A stretch of 42,265 nt of DNA from Candidatus Zixiibacteriota bacterium. GTDB lineage: Bacteria > Zixibacteria > MSB-5A5 > GN15 > JAAZOE01. Below are positions 25,808-34,509 of the stretch, in pieces. Below the pieces are notes generated by a model that had not been told where the DNA came from, searched no databases, and saw only the letters and a list, made by a program, of their open reading frames with translations. Position 1 is the stretch's first letter. Each line of letters opens with the position of its first letter. Position numbers and translations under genes: made by a program. The stretch lies in contig JBDREQ010000011.1 in NCBI GenBank assembly GCA_043819555.1, forward strand, positions 1 to 42,265. The letters are read 5' to 3'.

Positions 25808-25947
25808 GTCGAAACCCTTGCGGTTTCGACAAGGAATATAATTGTTATTCACGGTACCACACCGTTGTAACAATCTTGTAGGTCGAAACCCTTGTGGTTT
25901 CGACAAAGAATTTAGTTGTTATTCAGGGTGCCCCACATTTGTAACAG
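25804..25947 (+). repeat. Tandem pair of 74-nt units, each starting with a GTAG-type REP hairpin
   Basis: Units start at 25804 and 25878: GTA(A/G)GTCGAAACC-CTTG(C/T)-GGTTTCGAC followed by homologous tails ...TTGTTATTCA.GGT.CC.CAC..TTGTAACA. Confidence 0.85.
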
Positions 25948-25964
25948 TGGGAAAAGAAAATTCC

Positions 25965-26756
25965 CTACTTCCCCTTCAACCACTCCAATAATTCTTTATC
26001 AGCATCGGGGACGTAGTGCAAAATATTGGTTCCGTGATTCTGACCGGGATATTTTTTAAATACCTTCAATCCATTATAATTATCAAACAACCATTGGCTC
26101 GATTCGGTTGAATATTTATCATCAGCAGAAGCGGCGATATAAATCGGTTTAATCATTTTTTCCTGATGCAAAACATCACCGGGAATAAGCCCACGATAAT
26201 CTTTACCGGGTGACAATAATACCGAACGAGTGACCCAGTTTTCATTCAATAATATTCCGGCGGTATTGGCTCCAATCGACGCGCCGATGACGATGACTTC
26301 ATCATAATTATAACTATCCGGATGTTTGGATTTGAAATCTGCAAAGAATTCTTTGATATCAGATGGCATCTTTACAAATTCGGAATTATCCATGCTTGAG
26401 AAAGAAATCTTTTTATTGCCGATTTGGGTTGACTGTCCGTGACCGCGCAAATCAAAGGCCAGAGTCGCGTAACCCATTTCATTTAATTTCGCCGTGAACG
26501 GATCATACGATTGATATGTCTTCGACATCATCGGGAGCAAAAGCGCCAGTCCCGGTTTGAAATTCTTCTTAGTGGTATCAATGCTTGCCTCAGTAAGCCA
26601 GGCGTGCAGCATCAATCCGTCCGATAGTTTTAAGGTCAGGTGATGACCTTCAGCGGCAGTCGCGGTGCTTTCGGAAACACCAATCGATTTCAAAAAGAAA
26701 CCGGCGAAAAAAAGTACCACGCCGATAACGATGAGTTTGCCCAAATCTTTAATCAT
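25965..26756 (-). CDS. Exported/membrane-anchored alpha/beta hydrolase
   Basis: N-terminal hydrophobic segment, FDLRGHGQS, nucleophile elbow GASIG, C-terminal HGT. Confidence 0.85.
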   Translation of the reverse strand: MIKDLGKLIVIGVVLFFAGFFLKSIGVSESTATAAEGHHLTLKLSDGLMLHAWLTEASIDTTKKNFKPGLALLLPMMSKTYQSYDPFTAKLNEMGYATLAFDLRGHGQSTQIGNKKISFSSMDNSEFVKMPSDIKEFFADFKSKHPDSYNYDEVIVIGASIGANTAGILLNENWVTRSVLLSPGKDYRGLIPGDVLHQEKMIKPIYIAASADDKYSTESSQWLFDNYNGLKVFKKYPGQNHGTNILHYVPDADKELLEWLKGK

Positions 26757-26844
26757 AATTCGTCAAAAAAACGATAAGTGACTGAACGTCAACAAAAAAT
26801 TGCAGGTACTAAAAGGAAAAAATGAAAAGCCTACTTTGCCCCGT

Positions 26845-27993
26845 TCAGATAACGTTGATTTCCTCCTCAACATGCCCGTTAGCAAATCGATCCGGAGCCA
26901 GACGACTGATATCAATAGAAGGCTCTTTGCGGCAAATGACTTCCGCGGCGAGTAGCCCCGCCCCCGGAGCGTGCATAAATCCATGTCCGGAAAAACCGCC
27001 AATAGTGAAAAATCCTTCGATCTTATTATGGAATCCGATAATGGCATGATGGTCGGGAGTCGTTTCGTACAATCCCGCCCAGCTATTGGCCACTTCGGCC
27101 GTTTCCATCTGAGGGATTCTATTGAGAGCTTTCATCAGGATATTGTCGTTATAATCGGGATCCTGCGACTCATCGAATCCCGGCTCGACATCTTTATCAG
27201 CCCAACCCATCAAAAGCCCTTTGGATTCTTTATGACAATACAAACCGGATGAAACATCAACCACCATCGGCATTGTCGCCGGGATGAAATCCAATGCGCC
27301 GGAAGTGACAATCTGTCGCCGGATAGGTTCTATCGGAATTTTAATTCCGGCCATTTCGCCGATAAGTTTGGAATACGGACCGGCGGCATTGATAACGACG
27401 GGAGTTCTAAAACTGCCGCTGGATGTTTCCACACCGACGATTTTACTATTTTCGATTTTTATACCATTAGCGGGAGTTTCGGTCAAAATCTCAACGCCAA
27501 GCCGTTTGGATGCTCGAAAATACCCCTGCAAGAATTCATGTGGATCGCCGAGGCCATCCTTGCCATGGAAAGTAGCTTTGATAATATCATCCGTCAGAAC
27601 CGGAGGAGCGATTTTTTTTACGTCACTGGCATCAAAAATATCAATTTTCAGTCCCAAAGATTGCTGCAAATCGGCGGCGCGCATATAAGGTTCGACTGTC
27701 GATTCTTCGGTCAGTATAAACATGTATCCGACCTGATCGTATAATGCAGGTTCACCGGTAATTTGTTCGAAGTTCTCAAAAATCTCAATCGATTTCATTG
27801 AGACTTCGATATTCACTTTCGATGAAAACTGGGCCCGGATACCGCCGGCGCATTTGGCTGTCGCTCCGGCGCCGATAAACATCTCTTTTTCGAGCACCAG
27901 GATACTGCCGAATTTTGCTTGAGCAAGATTAAAGGCGGTTGCCAATCCGGCTATTCCGGCTCCAATTATAATCGCGTCATAATTCTTTGTCAT
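26845..27993 (-). CDS. FAD-dependent oxidoreductase, sarcosine oxidase beta/DAAO family
   Basis: IIGAGIAG, GATAKCAGGIRAQF, VINAAGPYS, WAGLYETTPDHHAIIG, GFSGHGFMHAP. Confidence 0.92.
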   Translation of the reverse strand: MTKNYDAIIIGAGIAGLATAFNLAQAKFGSILVLEKEMFIGAGATAKCAGGIRAQFSSKVNIEVSMKSIEIFENFEQITGEPALYDQVGYMFILTEESTVEPYMRAADLQQSLGLKIDIFDASDVKKIAPPVLTDDIIKATFHGKDGLGDPHEFLQGYFRASKRLGVEILTETPANGIKIENSKIVGVETSSGSFRTPVVINAAGPYSKLIGEMAGIKIPIEPIRRQIVTSGALDFIPATMPMVVDVSSGLYCHKESKGLLMGWADKDVEPGFDESQDPDYNDNILMKALNRIPQMETAEVANSWAGLYETTPDHHAIIGFHNKIEGFFTIGGFSGHGFMHAPGAGLLAAEVICRKEPSIDISRLAPDRFANGHVEEEINVI

Positions 27994-28177
27994 TGCTGCC
28001 TTCAGGACATATTCATGGATATTTTAACGACCGCAATTTAATTTGATACCGCCCAAAGTCAAGCGAAATCAAATCGATGCCGTCAGTCGGAGGGCACCAC
28101 TCGACTTAAAATGAAAGTTTTAGCTTGTGTCGGTACAGTTTTTTCATAGATTGCTTGCGCCCGGATGGAACCAAATC

Positions 28178-29935
28178 ATGAATAGAGTATTTTCAGGAAT
28201 AATGAGACGGCGTTTGAAGCTGTCCGAAACCAATGTACTAATAATTCTGGCGCTCTTAGTCGGCGCTGGAACCGGTTATGGGGCGCTTCTCTTTATTTTT
28301 CTAATAGAAAAAGCCCGAGAATTATTTTTTGGATACTCGGCTGATGTTCTTTCCGGATTTCTTTCGGCAGGCGAAGGCGGGTATAAATGGTGGTTAATTG
28401 CCATCCCTGCCGCAGGCGGATTACTGGCCGGGCCAATAATCTACTACTTCGCGAAAGAAGCCAAAGGACATGGTGTCCCCGAAGTCATGGATGCTGTTGC
28501 TCGAAAGGGCGGTATAATTCGGCCTCAGGTGGCGGCAATAAAAGCTCTGGCATCGGCAATTTGTATTGGTTCAGGTGGCTCGGCCGGACGTGAAGGTCCA
28601 ATCATACAGATTGGTTCGGCTATCGGCTCGACCATAGGTCAAATATTCAAAATGTCGGGCAACCGCGTGAAAATTCTGGTGGGGTGCGGAGCGGCGGCCG
28701 GAATTTCATCAGTTTTTAACGCTCCAATCGCCGGGATAATATTCTCACTCGAAATCATCCTCGGTGATTTTGCCATCAAAACCTTCGCGCCCGTTTTGCT
28801 CTCGTCCGTTTTGGCGTCGGTAATAACCCGTTCGGCCCTGGGAAATCATCCCGCCTTCGAAGTCCCGGCTTATGAACTGGTATCGGCTTGGGAAATGCCG
28901 TTGTATGTTTTTCTCGGAGGTTTGGCCGGTATCGTGGCGGTTATTTTTACTCGGGTATTGGGATGGTCGGAGACATTTTTTGATAACTTAAAAATTCCGG
29001 ATATCAGCAAGCCGGCCATAGGCGGCCTTCTCCTGGGAATGGTAGGAATTTTTTATCCCCAGATATTTGCCGACGGCTATAGCACAATTAACCTTGCGCT
29101 TTATAGCCAGATGGCATTCTGGTTGATGTTTATCCTGATTTTCCTGAAGATACTGGGGACATCACTGACTCTTGGATCCGGCAACTCCGGAGGAATCTTC
29201 GCGCCATCGTTATTCATGGGAGCAATGTTGGGAGGAGCGTTCGGAAGTTTGGTTCATTCATATTTCCCTGATGTAACCGGCTCATCGGGAGCATATGCAT
29301 TAGTGGGGATGGCGGCCGTGGTGGGGGGGACAACCCATGCCCCAATTACGGCGATTCTAATTATTTTTGAAATGACCAGTGATTACCGGATAATTTTGCC
29401 TCTGATGGTGGCGGTAACTTTTTCAACTCTTGTCAGCCGTCATCTTTATCAATATTCAATCTATACGATAAAGCTCGCGGCGCGGGGAATATTCCTCAAA
29501 GGCGGAAAAGATGTGGCAATTTTGAGGTCATTGCAGGTTTATGAAGTTATGGATCGGAATTTTGAAACGGTGCTTCCTTCCACGCCCCTGAATAAAATAA
29601 TTCACAAAATAGAATCGACCCGTGAAACTTATTATATGGTAGTTGACAACGAAAACCATCTTCACGGTATTATATCGCTGCAGGATTTGCGGGGCGTCTT
29701 GACCAAGGGCGGTCTGGATGATTTGATTATCGCCGAAGATATCGCCCATACCGATATTATCACCGTTACGCCGGATGATACTCTGGAACGGGTCCGCGAA
29801 GTAATTGGACTGCAGGATTTGCAGGTTGTACCGGTAGTCGACTCGCCCGACAGCCGTCATATAATAGCCGTTCTCAGGCGCGATGATATGATGACTGTTT
29901 ATAATAAACGCCTAATTGAATCATTCAATGAATAA
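28178..29935 (+). CDS. ClC-family chloride channel/antiporter with two CBS domains
   Basis: GHGVPE, GSAGREGP, FNAPIAG..FSLE, SGGIFAPSL, HAPITA..FEMT..Y; C-terminal CBS pair. The start at 28178 is approximate. Confidence 0.93.
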   Translation: MNRVFSGIMRRRLKLSETNVLIILALLVGAGTGYGALLFIFLIEKARELFFGYSADVLSGFLSAGEGGYKWWLIAIPAAGGLLAGPIIYYFAKEAKGHGVPEVMDAVARKGGIIRPQVAAIKALASAICIGSGGSAGREGPIIQIGSAIGSTIGQIFKMSGNRVKILVGCGAAAGISSVFNAPIAGIIFSLEIILGDFAIKTFAPVLLSSVLASVITRSALGNHPAFEVPAYELVSAWEMPLYVFLGGLAGIVAVIFTRVLGWSETFFDNLKIPDISKPAIGGLLLGMVGIFYPQIFADGYSTINLALYSQMAFWLMFILIFLKILGTSLTLGSGNSGGIFAPSLFMGAMLGGAFGSLVHSYFPDVTGSSGAYALVGMAAVVGGTTHAPITAILIIFEMTSDYRIILPLMVAVTFSTLVSRHLYQYSIYTIKLAARGIFLKGGKDVAILRSLQVYEVMDRNFETVLPSTPLNKIIHKIESTRETYYMVVDNENHLHGIISLQDLRGVLTKGGLDDLIIAEDIAHTDIITVTPDDTLERVREVIGLQDLQVVPVVDSPDSRHIIAVLRRDDMMTVYNKRLIESFNE

Positions 29936-32578
29936 TTAGAAGCGCAATCCAAGATTAAGATACATTCGATAGGGATGATGTTCGGCTTTACCATAGCCAA
30001 ATTCAAACGGTCCCATGATGGTATCCAGCGAGAGCGCCATGCCCCACCCTTTTAGAAAATCACGCATCTTGATATGCTCATATTCATCGTAAACATTGCC
30101 ATAATCGAAATTAATAAATAAGTATAAGCGATAAGGTAAATGCAGGCGCCATCTGAGATTGGCGGCAAAATATTTATCGCCGACTAATTGATGCGTTCGA
30201 TAGCCGGAAAAATTATACATTCCGCCCAGATGAAATTTTTCGATATCGGGGAGATCGGCTGTTGAAATTCCCAGCGATAGTTTTGGATTAAAACAAAGGT
30301 CTTTGGCCCAGGGCCAGTAAGCCTCGAGGGAGCTATGCATTTTTGTATATTCGTCATATGTGCCGCCCAACCATTTGCCTGAAAATTCAAGATTAAACTC
30401 CTGGCGATGACCATAGTCGGGATAAGGAAATTTATTAAATGTTTCCACGGTAGAACGAATTGCAAAGACAGATAACACTTGATTTTTCTCTTCACCTGTC
30501 AAGGTTTGTTCGGTTTGAGTTTCTTCGAGTTTATATTCAAAAGTAAACGTTCCCAGTCGCGATATTTGCTGACCGGCCGAAATTGAACCGCCCAAACGAT
30601 CTTCAATGCGGAATCCCTGGGGCGCACCGTCAGGCTGGAACAATCTTCTCCTCAAACGGGAAAAATAGCCTTTGAATTGAGCTGTTAAAAGGGTTTTGGA
30701 TAATCGGTCAGCTTTAAGGGACAGGTGGTATTCATGGCGGCGGGATGAAAACGTAACATGTGTCAGGGCCTGAATCCCGGCGCCAAAGACATTATCATCA
30801 AGCAATTCCGAAAGCATTTCTGATTGATATTCATCATCCCAATGAGCGCCCAGACGCAATTGAGTGAATGGTTTTTCTTTGACATTAATTGTTAAACGGA
30901 CTCCCTTATCAGAAGGCCGTATATCGAGACTGACCCGCTCGAAAAATCCGGTAGCATAAATATTCTCCAGCCCCCGTTCTGATTTGCGGGTATCAAACGG
31001 TTCGCCCGGACGCAACATATAATTGGCTTTGATTATCCAGCTCCGAGTTCTTTCGTTACCGCGAATATCAACGTATTGAAGCCGGCCTTCGTCGATTTCC
31101 ACCAGTATTTTTTTGGCGTCGTGATCATAGATAAGTTGTTTGATATAAGCCAGGTCATATCCCGATTTTCGATAAAAATCAATAATCAATGATGCCGCCG
31201 ATTTGACTTTTTGCAGAGACAGAACTCTTTGATCGTGAAGGAAAAAGCTTTCCAGAAGCGTATCGGAAAATATAGAATTCCCGGAAAATTCATAAATTAT
31301 CTCAGACGCGTTATGATTTGATATTCCGTCGAATCTAACTATTATCGAATCCGATAGTGTTTCCTGCCAAACAAATATTTTGTGGAAATGCATTTCCGGA
31401 TCGTAATTCTCGCAAAACTCCGCAGTATTTGAATTTATATTATTGCTTTGTTTGAGCGTCTGGGAAATTAGGCTTAGAAGGCTATCGCTGCGAGCGGGTT
31501 CTATGTTTTCCGCTTGAATTATCGATTTAGCCCGCCGAATAAGGTTAAATTTATTTTGGATTTCATTCAGAGCCTCCCTGGTGGCATTGTATCCGATTAA
31601 TATCAGACTATCATGGCGGCTCATATCAAAATTCTCAATATCTGCCAGGTCGGGAGTGATAATTATATCGGCGCGGCTCAACTGCTCCGCCAGTGATTCC
31701 TGCTGCATTATGGTTGTAACCTGATTGGCGACATCTACGGGGTTGTTGACCTCATCGGCCGGTAATAGTTGCGAGGCGGTATTAACGGCGATAACAAAAT
31801 CGGCTCCCATTCGACGGCAAACGTCAACCGGAATCGGTGTCACGATCCCCCCATCCATTAATTTCTTATCTTCAAAATCTACAGCGGTAAATGCCAGCGG
31901 GAAGGCTATCGACGCTCGCATAGCATCAGCCATGCTGCCGCCTCCGATAACAACTTCCTTTCCTGTTCCGAGATCGGTCGCTATTACACGTAAAGGAATG
32001 CGCAGGTTGTCAAAATTCCCACCGCACATATAGTTGGCCTGAATCGTCAGTTCGGTCAATAATGAAGTAAGTCTCTGTCCGGACGCGAATCCTTGGGGGA
32101 AATAGGGTTTTAATCCGTTAAATCTGATTGAGAATAGGTAACGTTTTTTTTCCTCTCTTTGAGTGAAGAACATAGATTTACGTTCTCGAGAATCAGAAAA
32201 TAACATGGAAAAATCAAATGACCGGGTAAATTCTTCGATTTCATTCGGGGAATAACCCAATGCATACAAGCCGCCAATAATGCTGCCTATAGAAGTTCCG
32301 GCGACATACGAAATCCTGATTCCCGCCTCCTCAAATGCTTTGAGAACGCCGATTTGGGCTATTCCTCGGGTTCCACCACCCGATAAGGCCAGTCCAATTT
32401 TAGGCGAATGGTTCTTTATCGATTTGTCCTGATTATAAGATATAATGGTATCCCGTATTATGATAAGGGTATCGATATTTTTTCCCGAATCCGGATCGAT
32501 TATTGCATCAGACGCGATTGCGCTTGACGATAATATCATCAATACGAAAAATAATATTGATCCAACCGCAGATTTCAC
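29936..32578 (-). CDS. Patatin-POTRA-Omp85 beta-barrel protein (PlpD/type Vd-like phospholipase)
   Basis: Signal peptide from GTG 32578 (SD GGGGAG); patatin [46 protein letters not shown]; barrel FHLGG..FSGY, DTIMGP, terminal LGLRF. Confidence 0.9.
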   Translation of the reverse strand: MKSAVGSILFFVLMILSSSAIASDAIIDPDSGKNIDTLIIIRDTIISYNQDKSIKNHSPKIGLALSGGGTRGIAQIGVLKAFEEAGIRISYVAGTSIGSIIGGLYALGYSPNEIEEFTRSFDFSMLFSDSRERKSMFFTQREEKKRYLFSIRFNGLKPYFPQGFASGQRLTSLLTELTIQANYMCGGNFDNLRIPLRVIATDLGTGKEVVIGGGSMADAMRASIAFPLAFTAVDFEDKKLMDGGIVTPIPVDVCRRMGADFVIAVNTASQLLPADEVNNPVDVANQVTTIMQQESLAEQLSRADIIITPDLADIENFDMSRHDSLILIGYNATREALNEIQNKFNLIRRAKSIIQAENIEPARSDSLLSLISQTLKQSNNINSNTAEFCENYDPEMHFHKIFVWQETLSDSIIVRFDGISNHNASEIIYEFSGNSIFSDTLLESFFLHDQRVLSLQKVKSAASLIIDFYRKSGYDLAYIKQLIYDHDAKKILVEIDEGRLQYVDIRGNERTRSWIIKANYMLRPGEPFDTRKSERGLENIYATGFFERVSLDIRPSDKGVRLTINVKEKPFTQLRLGAHWDDEYQSEMLSELLDDNVFGAGIQALTHVTFSSRRHEYHLSLKADRLSKTLLTAQFKGYFSRLRRRLFQPDGAPQGFRIEDRLGGSISAGQQISRLGTFTFEYKLEETQTEQTLTGEEKNQVLSVFAIRSTVETFNKFPYPDYGHRQEFNLEFSGKWLGGTYDEYTKMHSSLEAYWPWAKDLCFNPKLSLGISTADLPDIEKFHLGGMYNFSGYRTHQLVGDKYFAANLRWRLHLPYRLYLFINFDYGNVYDEYEHIKMRDFLKGWGMALSLDTIMGPFEFGYGKAEHHPYRMYLNLGLRF

Positions 32579-32653
32579 TTGCTCCCCAATAATCAAACTG
32601 ATTCTTTTCTTTAAGTTGGCATTATTACCGGCAAAACTCAAGGATTATTTGCA

Positions 32654-33442
32654 TTGAGATTATCTCAAATGGAAATAAAAAAGCTGACGGCCTTGAAAAG
32701 GAAAAAATATCGCCAGGCCGAAGGCTTATTTTTGTGTGAGGGGATCAGGCTTCTGGAAGAAGCTGTCAAATCCAATTATCTCCCCGAAAAAGTATATTAC
32801 TCGGCCGCACTTCTCAGTGAACGTGGCCAAAATGTGGTAAAATCATTTAGGCAAAATAAACTCGCAGTCCACGATATAAGTGTTAAAGAACTTGAGAGAA
32901 TTGAAAATACTCAATCATCACAGGGGATAATAGGAGTATTTAAAATCCGCGAGTACAATCTGGAGCAACAATTGAACATGGGGATGCGTAAATTACTTGT
33001 GTGTGATAATATAAATGATCCGGGTAATCTGGGGACTTTGATGAGATCGGCGGCGGCATTTGGATTTACTCCGGTAATCACAAGTACAAAAACTGTCGAA
33101 ATTAGTAATCCCAAGACTTTGCGAGCCGGTATGGGCGCGTGTTTCAATCTTCCGTTCATAGAAAAACTGGCGCCTGAATTAATCGTGGAAAAACTAAGAG
33201 AATTTGGATACAAGCTGATCCTGGCTGATGTAAAAGGTGAAGATCTGGACGGCCTGAAACCACTGCCCGATAAATTGGCATTGATTATCGGATCGGAAGC
33301 TGTCGGGGGGAGTAATATTTTTGGAAAAAACGCGGATTATGCCGTGAAGATTCCTATGTCAAAAAATGTGGAATCGCTCAATGCCGCCATGGCCGGAACA
33401 GCCTTAATGTTCTGGCTAAATAATTTGGAAAGGATATCATAA
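32654..33442 (+). CDS. TrmH/SpoU-family RNA 2'-O-methyltransferase
   Basis: FLCEGIRLLEE, INDPGNLGTLMRSA, LIIGSEAVG, IPMSKNVESLNAAMAG. Confidence 0.93.
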   Translation: MRLSQMEIKKLTALKRKKYRQAEGLFLCEGIRLLEEAVKSNYLPEKVYYSAALLSERGQNVVKSFRQNKLAVHDISVKELERIENTQSSQGIIGVFKIREYNLEQQLNMGMRKLLVCDNINDPGNLGTLMRSAAAFGFTPVITSTKTVEISNPKTLRAGMGACFNLPFIEKLAPELIVEKLREFGYKLILADVKGEDLDGLKPLPDKLALIIGSEAVGGSNIFGKNADYAVKIPMSKNVESLNAAMAGTALMFWLNNLERIS

Positions 33443-34509
33443 TGATTCGCGCCACGATAGCAATTTGTGCTTTATGTATTACGCTGGCTTTATCGATCTC
33501 GGCGGAGAACATAAACGAACAAAAAGACGGCATATTTACCGGAGAATCTAATCTGATAACCGTCATTTTCGCCGGAGTGGAAAAGGTGATTATAAATTCA
33601 GCGAATTCCATAAGCGGTAATTTGTACCTCGGGGCCGGCGGCAAACATTGCCGCATAAGCTATCAGAAAAAAATGAAGACTGCCAGTAAAGCTGAAGCCG
33701 CCACATATGCCGATCTTATATCCGTAGATGTTGATAATCAACCAACCGCAGCAACTGTCTGGCTTCGGGCCCCGGCCGATGCGCCCTGGTCGGGAAGCAA
33801 TAATTCAGCCAGTCTTGATGTACGCATTGATGTCCCCATCGGGTGTCAGATTGAGATCAACACAGCCTATTTTGATATTGACGCCGCAGGGCCGTTTGAT
33901 GAATTTGTTGTTTCAGAATCGCTTAGTAAGGTAACCGTAAGCAAGGTCACCCGATTGACTGATATAAATATTTCTAACCGCCCATTGGTCCTTAAGAACA
34001 TCAGCGGTGATTTGAAGGCCAAAAATAAATATGAAAAAATAAAACTCGAAAATATAAAAACCGGCGACAGGACTGCGATTATCAGAAATGAAAACGGAGA
34101 GATATCGATTGATTCATTTGCCGGGAGTATGGACATTGGAACCAGCTACGGCTTGATTATTGGGAAAAAGATTTCATTGGTTGGGGATCGCAATCGAGTA
34201 AAAAACGTTTCAGCGCCAATAAATATTGAACTGGATTCACTTACTTCGGGGCGGATTCGACTGAACAATCAATATAGCCAAATAGTCCTGCATATCACCG
34301 GCCAGGTCGACGCTTCCTTCATATGTAAATTTGGCCCCGACAGTTTTGTCAAGGCGGAAGGTTTTCTGTTTGAACCAACTCTGGTTTATGATGAGCGGCT
34401 TGAATTTGACGTCGGTAATGCCGCCGCCGAAGCGCGGTTATCGATTAAGGGAGATGGCAATATTATAATTAACGGGCCGGATAGCGATCATCTCGCGGGA
34501 GGAAATTGA
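33442..34509 (+). CDS. Secreted beta-strand repeat protein (DUF4097/adhesin-like)
   Basis: Signal peptide; V-x-VP motif (VRIDVPIG) followed by repeats such as NISGDLKAKN, IRNENGEISI, TSYGLI. Confidence 0.65.
   Translation: MIRATIAICALCITLALSISAENINEQKDGIFTGESNLITVIFAGVEKVIINSANSISGNLYLGAGGKHCRISYQKKMKTASKAEAATYADLISVDVDNQPTAATVWLRAPADAPWSGSNNSASLDVRIDVPIGCQIEINTAYFDIDAAGPFDEFVVSESLSKVTVSKVTRLTDINISNRPLVLKNISGDLKAKNKYEKIKLENIKTGDRTAIIRNENGEISIDSFAGSMDIGTSYGLIIGKKISLVGDRNRVKNVSAPINIELDSLTSGRIRLNNQYSQIVLHITGQVDASFICKFGPDSFVKAEGFLFEPTLVYDERLEFDVGNAAAEARLSIKGDGNIIINGPDSDHLAGGN

Noticed and set aside
25804..25947. Possible mini CRISPR array or integron attC site
   Set aside because: Only two units, the would-be spacers are homologous to each other, no cas or integrase gene is present, and there are no RYYYAAC/GTTRRRY ends.
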